The translations under genes were made by a program, and so were the position numbers. Shown here one piece after another: positions 21,747 to 33,600 of a DNA stretch of 38,376 nt. Numbering within the stretch: the first letter of the stretch is position 1; every line of letters starts with the position of its first letter. The notes beneath the pieces are model-generated. The model saw only the letters and a program-made list of their open reading frames with translations, did not search any database and was not told the origin of the DNA. This DNA is from Ascoidea asiatica JCM 7603 (Eukaryota > Fungi > Ascomycota), in assembly GCA_001600695.1 (NCBI GenBank), contig BCKQ01000006.1, positions 332,328 through 370,703 of the forward strand, given 5' to 3'.

Positions 21747-23462
21747 TTAAACTTCTTTGACAATAACATCATCACTATCAACCATTTTTTTCTCTGAACT
21801 TTCATTTGATTCAGAAATTCCTTCAACTATTTTACCACTAAATGGAGCAATACCCATTTTTGCACATTCTTCAGCAGTAAAAGCATCAAAATAATCTTCT
21901 TCATCCATTTTACCAATATTTTTTAATGGCCAAATTATACAAGAAATATAATAAACACAAAATGGTGTGATGAATGAAAATACAAAATGTCCATAAAAGA
22001 AATTAACAATTTGAGTTTTAAGATGAACAGATTCATTTGCACTTGCAATAATTCCAGGTATACCTGGTGCACAAGTAAATAACCAAATTAAAATTGCTCT
22101 ATAATTAAAGCCACCATTAAAATAAAATGAACCTTCTTTTGAAGTTGTATATAATTCACTTAATGGAATTTTACATTTTCTTATTACTAAAAAATCACAA
22201 ACTAAAATTGCTGTAATTGGAGTTGTTACAACACCAAATGCACTCATTACACTTATAAAAGCACTTGCAGTATTATAAAAATTCCAAGGTTGAGTTACCC
22301 ATGATAATAAAGATACAATAAATGTACCTCTAACAATATTAATATATCTTGGAGCAATACCTGCTAAATCCATACCACCTGCAAAACCATCTTGCATAAT
22401 ATTTAAAGTTAATTCAGAAAACATAAATACAAAACCTAAGAAAAAAGTTGCAGCTCTTGCTTTTGAACTATAATTATCTGTTAACCATTGTATAGCTAAA
22501 TCACTTGGTAACCAATAAGCTTCACCATATAAATCTTCAGAAGCAGAAGCTGTTAAAACACCTAAAACAGGTATAAGTAAACCACTTGTTAATAAAGAAA
22601 CAAAAATACCTGCAGTTAAAGTCCAAATTGTACATTTTGGACTACTAAATCTACTAAAATCATTCATATTTAAACAACTTGGACTTAAACCACTATACCA
22701 AATACATGTACCATATAACCACATCCAAGCAGTATCATATGAACTCATTGGATCAGAATTAAACCATAAAGCACCTGCACCACCATTTAAATTTACAAGA
22801 TAACCAGTGACAGCACACATTCCAATACCTGCTAATAAACAAGAAATATTAACTAATCTTATAAATCTTTCTGGTTTTATGAAGAAAAAAAACATTTGTA
22901 AAATTTGAAAAACTACAAAACCAGTAAAATCTCTTGTTGTCATTGCAACACTTTCAGGAAAATGATTTTTCATATTCATAAAATTTTCACTCCATGAAGA
23001 TAAAATCATTACCATACATAAACCACCTAACCAACTATTTTGACCATAATAAACAATTGATAAAATAATTCTTAAAACAATTGCAATTCCAGAACCATAA
23101 ATACCAAATATTAATCTTGTTGAAACAGTATAACCAATAGCATATTTATGACCAAGAACAGCATTAAGACAAGAATATAAAGCTAAGAATACAGAACCAA
23201 TTAAAAAACATGAAGTACAAAGTTTTGCAGATAAACCTAAAGATAATAAAGTACTACCTGCAGAAAAAGTTACAACAGAAATATTTGGTACACCCCAATA
23301 ACCAAAATAAGACCAAAAGCCCCAAATTCTTCTATTTATTGGCATTGGTTCTAAATCTGGATTTTTTAAAACACTTAATTCTTTTGAATTATCATGAGGA
23401 ACTTCAAAATTTTTACCATATTTTAAAAGTTTGTCTTTAAAAGACAATGAAGAGTTTGACAT
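21747..23462 (-). CDS. NCS1-family nucleobase/vitamin:cation symporter, THI7/THI72/NRT1-like
   Basis: 571 aa, about 12 TM; LKNPDLEP...WGFWSYFGYWG, RLIFGIYGS, WLGGLC, DFSRF, NYSSKARAATFF, GFAGGMDLAG, PRYINIVRG and QPWNFYN are characteristic of the Thi7 subgroup. The exact orthologue and substrate cannot be assigned. Confidence 0.9.
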   Translation of the reverse strand: MSNSSLSFKDKLLKYGKNFEVPHDNSKELSVLKNPDLEPMPINRRIWGFWSYFGYWGVPNISVVTFSAGSTLLSLGLSAKLCTSCFLIGSVFLALYSCLNAVLGHKYAIGYTVSTRLIFGIYGSGIAIVLRIILSIVYYGQNSWLGGLCMVMILSSWSENFMNMKNHFPESVAMTTRDFTGFVVFQILQMFFFFIKPERFIRLVNISCLLAGIGMCAVTGYLVNLNGGAGALWFNSDPMSSYDTAWMWLYGTCIWYSGLSPSCLNMNDFSRFSSPKCTIWTLTAGIFVSLLTSGLLIPVLGVLTASASEDLYGEAYWLPSDLAIQWLTDNYSSKARAATFFLGFVFMFSELTLNIMQDGFAGGMDLAGIAPRYINIVRGTFIVSLLSWVTQPWNFYNTASAFISVMSAFGVVTTPITAILVCDFLVIRKCKIPLSELYTTSKEGSFYFNGGFNYRAILIWLFTCAPGIPGIIASANESVHLKTQIVNFFYGHFVFSFITPFCVYYISCIIWPLKNIGKMDEEDYFDAFTAEECAKMGIAPFSGKIVEGISESNESSEKKMVDSDDVIVKEV

Positions 23463-24495
23463 TTTTAATTCTTTTAAATTATTGATTATTAATTATTGAA
23501 TATTATTTATTGTTATTGATTAATAAAAGATATTAAATAATATATAATAGATAAACAATAAAGAAATGAAAAAGTAAAAATGAAAATTAAAAAATAAAGA
23601 TTGAAATTATTATTGTTTCAATAATGTCTTAAATGTGAAAGATTTTAAGATATTTATATCTAAAATGATTAAATTTTTGAAAATTGAATAAATAAAAGAA
23701 AACCATTTTAAATAAATATTAAATTAAATATTCGAAACAATAATAAGAAGAAAAAAAAGTTAATAAAATAAATTTATAAATAAGGTTAATTATATTAATT
23801 TTACCTACGTAGATTAGCATTCTTTATATTAAAAAAAAGAACAAAAAATCTAAGGCCAAGGCTAAGAACTGTAGAATTAGATTTTGAGTGCATAATAAAA
23901 CTAAGATAAATAATAAAAATAATAAAAAGAAAAAGAAATAGAAACTAGTTTTGTTATCTTGAATATTTTTAGTTGAAATTATTTCCTTTGACAGAAATTT
24001 GTCAATCAATAACTTCACTGGGAAAGTATAAAAATGTTCCTGTGGGTTATCTGAATCTGAAAAATAGAGAATAAACTGAAGCTGCTTATGTAATGAAAGG
24101 CTTACGTAATACGGATCAGACTGTAATAAGTAACTGGAACGGATACAGTATTGTTACTCGTCGGTTAAGAGCTGTTTTAGGCGGATTTGTTCTGGCTGGA
24201 GCAGGCTTTGATGAAGAAAAAAGAAGCAGCGACGGTGATAATGCAGCATGATAAGCACAAAGCGAGCACACACAAAAAACAGAAATGAAATGAAAAGAAA
24301 TGAAAAGAATTACTTCAGATAGGTCATCGGGGTGCTGGGATTATTACCGAGATCTGTTTTTTGCTAGGGAAAAAGTCTGGGTAACTGACACCTTCCATCA
24401 ACAAGCGCCTTTCCTGTGCCGTTTGCTTAGGGGTATCAGCTGCCTTCTGCTGGTATATTATTGCCGACAATCCTCTGAAAAGCTTGTCATTTACC

Positions 24496-24532
24496 CAGTT
24501 ACTCAGTTACTCAAGTAACTCAAGTAACTGAG
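24496..24532. repeat. Direct plus inverted AGTTACT repeat cassette
   Basis: CAGTTACT CAGTTACT CA AGTAACT CA AGTAACTGAG: two forward copies followed by two reverse-complement copies. Confidence 0.8.
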
Positions 24533-25264
24533 ATTTCTTCATTTTCATTCTTCCTCACCTTATGAGATAGAATCTTTTCTTACATTTTTCTGGAATCTCT
24601 AGATTCATTGGCAGCAGAGTAAACAGATAAATCAGCTGTTACTACGTTGAAGTTCTATTGAATATAATTATATTTCTTCTTTCTCTGAATTCAGTAGCCG
24701 CTGAGAAAAAAAACTCTAAAGAAACTAATTGAATTTTATAAATATCTTTTGAATTTCTTATTCGGCGAAAAGTTAATGTGAGGTTCACTTTAAAATGTAT
24801 GTTAAAATTTATCGTTACAGTAAATGTTCGTAAGTAAACTTTATGCAATTACCTTGATTTTCAACTTATTTTTTCTAAAACGTATTTTCACTTTTTAGTA
24901 TCTGAAAAATAAAAAAAATATTATGATTTTTTCACAATACTTCCTCAATTGGAATTTACGCTGAGATTTAAGTGACTTAAATCTATAAAAATATGAATAA
25001 ATGATGATTAAATTTCTCGATAATTTGGAAATACAGCAGTATTTGAATATTTCCCGACACTTTTCTTTTTGAATAACCGTTTTTTACTTTTACTTGTACA
25101 AGCAGAAACTGAAGCAGTTGCAGATGCAGCAAACGTAGCAATTAACGTTACAGTTACTGTTGGCGTATGGCTGGTGCGTCAATCAAGTTATATTTTTTCA
25201 AAAAGCAACAATGTGACCCATTTCCAAGGTTATTGAAGTACAATTTTACTAAAAAAACACTGCT

Positions 25265-25272
25265 TCACGTGA
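25265..25272. promoter_or_regulatory. bHLH E-box TCACGTGA (Cbf1/Tye7-type); a second TCACGTG at 26361-26367
   Basis: A perfect palindrome in a GC-richer intergenic island upstream of the glutaredoxin; the second copy is upstream of VPS27. Function is inferred from consensus only. Confidence 0.45.
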
Positions 25273-25754
25273 GGGAACTGGAGAAATAATTCCATTTTAA
25301 CGATCTCAAAACTTCGGGTATTTAATCTTCCAAAACGGGTCAAACCCAGGTTCATGGCCAGATCCAATACAATTGTTAGAAACCATTTGAATGGATCTTA
25401 TTTGTTTTTTTTCTTAAGAACCCATCTGTATGGGTTTATATTCCTGCAACCCCGACCCGGTTGAAATATTCAAATGAAATGAAATATGATTCCATAATGC
25501 TCCAGTCATTAAGGGTTTGCTTGCTGCTTTAGACCCCTTCGAAGTCTCGGGCTCTTCTAGAAACCAAATATTGAATATTGAATCAAGGGCTTTCCAATTC
25601 ACTTTTTGTTTAAGATCTGGATTTAAAATGATTATTATTACTATGAATTAATACATTTTGATTAGTAATTTAATTAACTGGGATTAAATTAAATAAATAT
25701 CATTGAAAAAATAATTATATAAATATAATCATAAATACCAATTTTTTTAATTGA

Positions 25755-26150
25755 ATGAATTTCTATTTAATTCTATTTATTTTATTAATATTTTTAATCA
25801 AATCTTATAATAAAAATACTAAAAAATCTCAAAATTCTCAAAAAATGGCAACTAAAGAAATCATTAATCAAGTTAAATCTTTAATTACTTCAAATAAAAT
25901 TTTTGTTGCTGCAAAAACTTATTGTCCATATTGTAATGCAACTTTAAGTTTATTAAAAGATTTAGATCTTGATGCAAAAATCTTACAATTAAATCAAATT
26001 GAAAATGGTGATGCAATTCAAGATGCTTTAAAAGAAATTTCTGGTCAATCAAGTGTTCCAAATATTTTCATTAATGGTAAACATATTGGTGGTAATTCTG
26101 ATATTCAAGCTTTAAATAAAAGTGGTAAACTATTACCTTTATTAACTTAA
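25755..26150 (+). CDS. GRX2: Dithiol glutaredoxin (Grx1/Grx2 type) with a 30-aa hydrophobic N-terminal extension and a second in-frame ATG at 25845
   Basis: KTYCPYC active site, GQSSVPNIFINGKHIGGNSD. The long-form/short-form architecture resembles S. cerevisiae GRX2. Confidence 0.9.
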   Translation: MNFYLILFILLIFLIKSYNKNTKKSQNSQKMATKEIINQVKSLITSNKIFVAAKTYCPYCNATLSLLKDLDLDAKILQLNQIENGDAIQDALKEISGQSSVPNIFINGKHIGGNSDIQALNKSGKLLPLLT

Positions 26151-26614
26151 GTTATAGTTATTATAATTATATACTCTACATATTTCTACTATCTATTCAA
26201 TGTAATTGTAATTTAATAAATACAACTTCATCTCTTTCTCCAGTTTTATCTTCTTTATCTTTCTTATTTTGTTTATTTTGTATTTTGTAATTTGAAGCCA
26301 ATTTATTGGGTCTCCTTCTCGATGACAAACTTTCCCGGAAATGATTTCCGGTACTCGCGATCACGTGCTTTGCTTTTGATGTTTTTTGATAACGCCCCTA
26401 ATTTATTTTCGTCTCAATTTTAGTCAAATTAACGTCATTTACCGATAACAGGCTGAATAATATATCGTTCCTTAAACAATTAGAATAAACAAGAACAGAT
26501 AGACAAATAGATAGAAATATAGATAGATATATTGAATTTATATATAAATCAATTACAAAAAAGAAGAATCATTTAATATATTCAAATACATTTTCTTTAT
26601 CGAAGTTTCAAATA

Positions 26615-29287
26615 ATGACTTCATGGTTTTCAAATTTTTCTCCAGATATTTTATCTTTCATTAATGAATCATGTTCAGAATCAATTCCAAATGGTGAAAT
26701 TGATTTAATGAAATCATTTGAATTAGTTGATTTAATAAAATGTAAAAAAATTAAAACAAAAGATTTTTTAAAAATTTATGAAAATAAATTAACAAATTCA
26801 ATTAAAAAACCAATTCAACAATTATCTTTTTTAAATTTAATTGATTTATTAATTAAAAATTGTGGTATAAATTTTTCATTAGAAATTTTTAATTCAAATA
26901 TTAATCAAAATGATAATAATAATAATATTAGTAATAATGATAATATTTCAAATGAATATAATAATAATGGTATAAGAAGTTCTTTATTAAATAAATTAAT
27001 TTATTTATTACATAATATTAATACAACTGAATTAATTAAAGATAAAATTTTAGAATTAATTTTAACTTGGAAATTATTATTTGAAAAAAATTTAAATTTA
27101 AATAATTCAATAAATTTAGTTTATAATCAATTAATTTCTGAAAATTTTAAATTTCCAAATTTAAATTCTTCAAATAATAATAATAATAATAATAATAATT
27201 CTAATTCTAATAAACAATTTAATCTTAATAGTAATTTTCTTGATTCAAAAGTTCCTCCAAATTGGGTTGATTCTGATAATTGTATGATATGTTTTAATAA
27301 ATTTAGTGTAATTACAAGAAAACATCATTGTAGAAATTGTGGTGGTGTATTTTGTCAAAATCATTCTTCAAATAATTTATCTTTACCTTTAATTGGTATT
27401 AATGATCCTGTTAGAGTTTGTGATTCATGTTATGATCAAATGACTTTAAAAAATAAATCAAATTATAATAAATTAAATAAAATTAAAAATAAATTTAAAT
27501 CAAAAGATAAAGATAAAGATAAAGATAAATTTAAAATTAAGAAAAATAATAATGATGATAATGAAGAAGAATTAGATGAAGATTTAAGAAAAGCAATAGA
27601 ATTATCTTTAAAAGATACAAAAATTTCAATTTCAAATCCAATTCCAATTATATCTAATCCAATTCCAATACAATCAACAAATAATATAACTAATAATAAT
27701 AAAGTAGTTGATGAAAATGAAGAAGATGATGATGATGAAATTAAAAAAGCAATTCAAGAAAGTTTGAAAGAAATGGAAATTGAAAAAAAAAAAAGAGAAC
27801 AACAAGAAATACTTCAAAATGAACAATTAAATGAAAAAAATAATAATGAAAATTCATTTTATCCATCTTTTGATCAAAATTTACAAAATTCAAATAATTC
27901 ATATAATATACCAAAAGCAAATATACCAAATATTCCAATAAATCAAAATCAAGTTCAAAATTCTGATGAAAGTTCAAATTCAATAGATGTTAATAATTTA
28001 ATTAATAATAAAATTTCAATAAAAGATGAAGAAAATATAAATTTATTTAGTGCTTTAATATCTAAACAAAAAAATGAAATGAATAATAATAATAATAATG
28101 GTGGCAATAATGAAATTTTACAAAATCAAGAATTACAAGATTTTTATTCAAATGTTATTAGAGTTAGACCAAAATTAACAAAAAATTTAAATGATGATTT
28201 AACAAAATATGAAAAATTTGTTGATATGCATAATAAAATTGGAACAATTATGAGATTATATGATTCTTTATTAGAAAAAAGATTAATGGGTATGAGTATA
28301 AATAATAATAATAATAATAATACTCGTAATAATAATGTTGAATATAATGATCCTCAATTACAAAATCAATCTGGATTAGATTATAATCAACAATCTCAAA
28401 TTCCAAATTCTAATTATTATTCAAATGAAATGTATTCAGAACAAATTAATCAACCACAACCTCAACCTCAACAACAACAAAATGAGATACCTCAACAAAT
28501 GAGTCAAGAAAGTGAAATAAATTATCCTCAAAATCCAAATTATCAATCATATAGTGAAGCTTATGAACAACAACCTTATAATCAAAATTATAATCAAAAT
28601 TATCAGCCAGAATTAAAAAATGATAATATTGAACCAAATCCTTCTAAATCATATTATCCTTTAGAACCACCAAGTGAATATTCTAATCCAAATATAGGCT
28701 ATAATGATTATAATAAGAATAATAATATAGGTTTACCATCTGAACCGGAATGGTCACTTCCATCAGATTCAAAACAAAATGTCATATCTACAAATACCCA
28801 AAATGGTTTAAATGATAATTTAAATGAACAATCAAATAATCTCTTGAATGATTTAAGTAGCGAAATTCCAAATGAACAACATGTGGTCTCAAATGGTCTT
28901 GAAGGATTAAATTTTGATTTACCAAGTGAACCAATAACCGAAACTAATAATAGTGATCAACATGATGTTTATAATAAGGAAGAAATTAAATCACCTGAAA
29001 AAAATGAACAATTATATATGGCACCAGTAAATGAACTGAATTTTGATTATTCAAAAATAACAAATATTAAAACTCCTATATATTCACAAAATATAAATCC
29101 AAATGAAGGTAATTCTACAGATATGAATAATAAATCAACCAATGATACCAAAATAGTTAATTCTAATTTATTTCCTTCAGTTCCAAATGAACCTATTGGA
29201 AATGATAATTATTATAATTCTAATTCAAATTCTAATATCAATACTCCACAAAAAAAGAAAGAAGAAGTTGCTTTGATTGAACTTTAA
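26615..29287 (+). CDS. VPS27: ESCRT-0 subunit Vps27/Hrs
   Basis: N-terminal VHS-like domain, FYVE (WVDSDNCMIC...RKHHCRNCGGVFC...VRVCDSC), two UIMs (DEDLRKAIELSL, DDEIKKAIQESL), GAT coil (RPKL...KIGTIMRLYDSLLEKRL) and C-terminal clathrin-box-like ALIEL. Confidence 0.96.
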   Translation: MTSWFSNFSPDILSFINESCSESIPNGEIDLMKSFELVDLIKCKKIKTKDFLKIYENKLTNSIKKPIQQLSFLNLIDLLIKNCGINFSLEIFNSNINQNDNNNNISNNDNISNEYNNNGIRSSLLNKLIYLLHNINTTELIKDKILELILTWKLLFEKNLNLNNSINLVYNQLISENFKFPNLNSSNNNNNNNNNSNSNKQFNLNSNFLDSKVPPNWVDSDNCMICFNKFSVITRKHHCRNCGGVFCQNHSSNNLSLPLIGINDPVRVCDSCYDQMTLKNKSNYNKLNKIKNKFKSKDKDKDKDKFKIKKNNNDDNEEELDEDLRKAIELSLKDTKISISNPIPIISNPIPIQSTNNITNNNKVVDENEEDDDDEIKKAIQESLKEMEIEKKKREQQEILQNEQLNEKNNNENSFYPSFDQNLQNSNNSYNIPKANIPNIPINQNQVQNSDESSNSIDVNNLINNKISIKDEENINLFSALISKQKNEMNNNNNNGGNNEILQNQELQDFYSNVIRVRPKLTKNLNDDLTKYEKFVDMHNKIGTIMRLYDSLLEKRLMGMSINNNNNNNTRNNNVEYNDPQLQNQSGLDYNQQSQIPNSNYYSNEMYSEQINQPQPQPQQQQNEIPQQMSQESEINYPQNPNYQSYSEAYEQQPYNQNYNQNYQPELKNDNIEPNPSKSYYPLEPPSEYSNPNIGYNDYNKNNNIGLPSEPEWSLPSDSKQNVISTNTQNGLNDNLNEQSNNLLNDLSSEIPNEQHVVSNGLEGLNFDLPSEPITETNNSDQHDVYNKEEIKSPEKNEQLYMAPVNELNFDYSKITNIKTPIYSQNINPNEGNSTDMNNKSTNDTKIVNSNLFPSVPNEPIGNDNYYNSNSNSNINTPQKKKEEVALIEL

Positions 29288-30640
29288 GAAAAAAAGAAAA
29301 AAACATTAAACAGTACGGCTAATGTACTTCAAAGTCTTGAAATATATATCTGATTTCATCTATTATTATGGAAATTAATTGGGTTTTATTGGATCAAAGA
29401 TATGAAATTCAGTATATTTTATTATTTAATTCCATAATATATTAATTATTTTAAATTAAAATATTTGTAACTGAGACCAAGACTCCGGGTCTATTAAACA
29501 TGAGACGCCGTTGTATGCACTTGCAAGACCTCCAACGCATTCCTCGGCGTTATATTGAAATTTGGGTACTCATAATGCACCGCCACAGTTGTGTTTATCA
29601 ATTGCCAGAAAATAACAATAGAAGTCCCCATTGGGGGTAGCGTGGCTAGTCACGCGAACTTTTTTTGTTTTTGTTTTTACCAACAACATTGGCACTCCTT
29701 CTCCATTGGGAATTGTGGCTGGGTACAATTACCTTATAAGCTTGAAATAATATCCTTTATAGAAGGTATTTAAAGTAGTAATATTCTGCTATATATATAA
29801 TATATTCCATAGAAGTAGGGATACTTTGTGGTGTCCCTTGCCTTTGCTCAGCCTCAAAGCGGGCTTTCCCTTACAGTGTCAGCTTTGCCCAGCTTCGCTC
29901 AGCTTCAGTTACGGCAAATTGTAAGTGATTCCAAATTGTGTTTGGATTGCGCTTGAGTTGCATTGCAATAATTCTATTTCCATCATTTAATTTCAATAAT
30001 TCTATTCCAGTTGTAAATTGTAAAAAGTAAAATGGCTGTAAATTCAGTAATATTCAATAATATTCAAATTTAAATTTAAATTTAGTAATCAAATCATAAT
30101 CATTAAAACTTATCAAAACTCTCCAGATAAACAATCAAAAAGAATAAAAAGAAAAACTATTCAAAACTTAAGCTTCCTTTTCAATCGTTTCTTATTCAAA
30201 TCATTAATAGAATCATCTAATTCATTCAGTAATACATTCAGTAAACTAATTTAATAACAAATAATCTTTACTCTTCAATTCCATCACTCATATTTTTTTT
30301 TTTTGAATCTTTATTCATAATCAATCTCATCGACTTTATATTTTTCTTCTTAATCAATTCTTATATTATTTACTGAATTCAAATCAATTCTTCACTTAGT
30401 ATTTCAACCAAGTTTCAATTTTAAAAAATCATTCATATATTTACATATATTTATGATATGATGATAAGAATTTAATCAATTTGATTATCATTATTAATAT
30501 TGATTATAATTACAATTCCATTCGTTTTTTTAAGTATTTTTTTTCAAAACTTCAAAACTTCAAAAGTCCAATAAATAATTATCAAAATTACATATATTCA
30601 TAGTATATAATTTAACAATTTAATAATAAATCCAATTATT

Positions 30641-33600
30641 ATGAACAAGAATATAGATAATTCTCATATAAAAATTAAAGAATTTTCAAAAGTAAATATC
30701 TCAAGAAATAATGAAACAAATAATAAAATTTTAAATGATATTGAAATTATTAAAAAATTAGGTTCTGGTCAATATGGTAAAGTAATTTTAGGTTTTGATA
30801 ATTCATTATCTGAATATGTTGCAATAAAAGAAATTTCAAAATTTACAAAAAAAAAACTACCTTCTCCAGTAAATATTCGTAATAATAATAATAATAATAA
30901 ATTAAATGGTAATAGTAATGGTAATGAAAATGGTCATCATGGAAATTCAATTGAAAATAAATTAATTTTAAGAAAAAATTCAAATAATATTGAAAGTAAA
31001 ATTTATCATGAAATTAAAATTATGAGAAAAACAAATAATCAACATCAAAATATACTTAAATTATTTAAAATTTTTAATGATAAAAATTTTAAAAATATTT
31101 ATTTAATTTTAGAATATTGTAAAAATGGTGAAATTCAATGGTTATCAAATTCAAATATAAATTTTAATTCAATTAAAAATTTAAATAATTTAATAAATTT
31201 TTTTAAACAAATTTATTCTGGACTTTCATTTTTAAAAAAAAAAAATATTATTCATAGAGATATAAAACCTTCAAATTTATTAATTAATAATCAAAATTTA
31301 ATAAAAATTAGTGATTTTGGTGTAAGTTATACAATTGATAATGATTTACAAATTAAAAATAAAGTTATTCAAAAAGAATTATCAAGAACTGTTGGAACTC
31401 CAGCTTTTTTACCTCCTGAATTATGTGGTTTAAAGAAAAAAATAAAAAAATCAACTGAGAATAATAATAATAATAATGGTTTAGTTTATTCAGATTCTAC
31501 AATGAGTATAACTTCTTCTTTATCTCAATTTTCAATAGAAAGTTCATTAATGCCAAATAATAATTGTAATCCAGATGAAATAGAAATAAATTATTTATTT
31601 GATTATCAAATTGATATTTGGGCTTTAGGAATAACTTTATATTGTTTAATTTATAATAAATTACCAATATCCGCTTTTAATGAATATGAATTATTTGATA
31701 AAATTATTAATGAAAATATTATTATTCCAAATGATTCAGAATCTTTATTATTTCATACAATTTCAAATGATTTAGATAAATTAAATTTTATTAGATTTAA
31801 AAATTTATTATTTAATAATTTATTAATTAAAAATCCTGAAATTAGAATTTCAATTGAAGATTTATTAAATAATGATATATTTAATGATATTAATAATTTT
31901 AATGATCAATCTGATAAATTAAATTTTTTTGAAACAAATGGAAAATTTCAAAAAAATATTAATATAAATATAAATAAAAATATAAATTATATTCCATCTT
32001 CTTCAATCTTCTTAAATAAAAAATCAATAACTGGAAAAAGTTTTGAAAATTTAATTGAAACATCTAATGGTTTTATAAAACCTTCAAATATTAATAATAA
32101 CCAAAAGAAAAATATTTCAAGAAGACCATCCGAATCAAATTCTGAAATTTATATAAATACAACTCATCCAAGAAAATTAAATAATAAATCTTCAAATCTT
32201 TTATTATTAAATAGAAATACTTATATGAAAGTTTCTCCTTCTCAGAAATCTTTAAGATCTAATAATTCAAAATTATCTTTAAATTCTCTTCCTTCTCCAA
32301 ATAATCTTGAAAATAGAAATTTCTCAAATTCAAATTCAAATTCCAATACCAATTCTAATATAAACTCTAATACTATTTCTAATACCAACACAAATTTTAA
32401 TCATATTAAGGATCATAATAATAATACCAAAAATAATACTATATCAAATTCTTCAAGCTATAATTCTAATCCAAGTTCAAATTTAAATTCAAACTTCAGT
32501 GATGCTAAAAGTGATAGAGATGCATTCAAAAGGCTGCATTCTTCACATCCTTCAATTGTAAGTGCCAATACCATTTTTTCAAATACATCTTCTTTAGTAA
32601 CAAATTCCTCAATATCTTCAAATGCATTACTATCTAAGAAATCGCCAAATGGATTTTCTCGATTAAAAAAAAAATTATCAAAAATGCTTATAAGTGGAGG
32701 TTCTAATCATTCCCATGAACATAGAGTTCATTCACCTCCAAAAATCAATCGAAATTCCAATAGGGATTCATCTTTATCAAATTCTTATGCATCTATAAAT
32801 AGTACAAGTAGTTCAGACTCTTATTCATTGAAAAATGAATCAAGGAAAAATAATGATAGCCAAAGTAATCTTTCTTATATAACTGCAACCTCAAATCCAA
32901 ATGATATTAATAAAGTTCTGGTAACAGACTCAGGTGGTATATCCCTACCACCCAATAGAAATCATTTTTTGAATTCCCCATCCACTTATACTGTCAATTC
33001 TTTACTTTCTTCTCCATCGATTGTTTCTAGAAACTCAAGAGGCTCAAAAAATGCAACTCCTTCATCTTTAATTTCTAGAAATAATCATTCGACCCATCTG
33101 AGAAAAAAATCAAAAACATCGACTTCTTCAATTATATATGATGACTTATTATCATCAAGTACTTCCAATACAAATAATACAACAGCGACTAGAACAGAAT
33201 CCAATACTACTACAAACACTACATTTAACTCTTCTTCTAAAATTTATAATCAACTACAGTCACATTCCCAATCTTCAAATCTTGGTTCGATGGGGTTAGG
33301 TATAAATATGCCAGCTACTTCTAGTGAACAATGTCTTTTACAAGAAAGAATTAAGTTTAAATATAATCATCAGAACTCTAGTTATACTGATGAACAAAGT
33401 AAATCTTCAAGTGTTATTAAAAATAGCATTTCTGGGGGTTCAATACCAATTGATAATAAAGGATTAACTATAAAGTTAGTGAACAGTATGGAAAACATGG
33501 ATACTAGTTTTACTAGTTCTGAAATGAGTGCTAAAGATATAAGTGAATATTTTGCTGGGTTCTCGCCTTCACCAGAGAAAAAAAACTATGAAGGAATTTC

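Noticed and set aside
25265-25400. Point centromere (CDEI TCACGTG)
   Set aside because: No AT-rich CDEII of the right length followed by CDEIII, and the intron signals argue against a point-centromere (Saccharomycetaceae) lineage.
23463-25700. TPP riboswitch or 5' UTR intron upstream of the Thi7-like permease
   Set aside because: I looked on the minus strand for the CUGAGA...CUUGAU...UAAU.CCAGCG aptamer pattern and for a branch point, and found neither.
11783-29773. Short intergenic ORFs (11783, 15738, 21608, 23824, 24300, 24642, 25414, 29591)
   Set aside because: They lie in promoter islands or simple repeats, are only 60-72 aa, have atypical codon usage and show no recognisable similarity.
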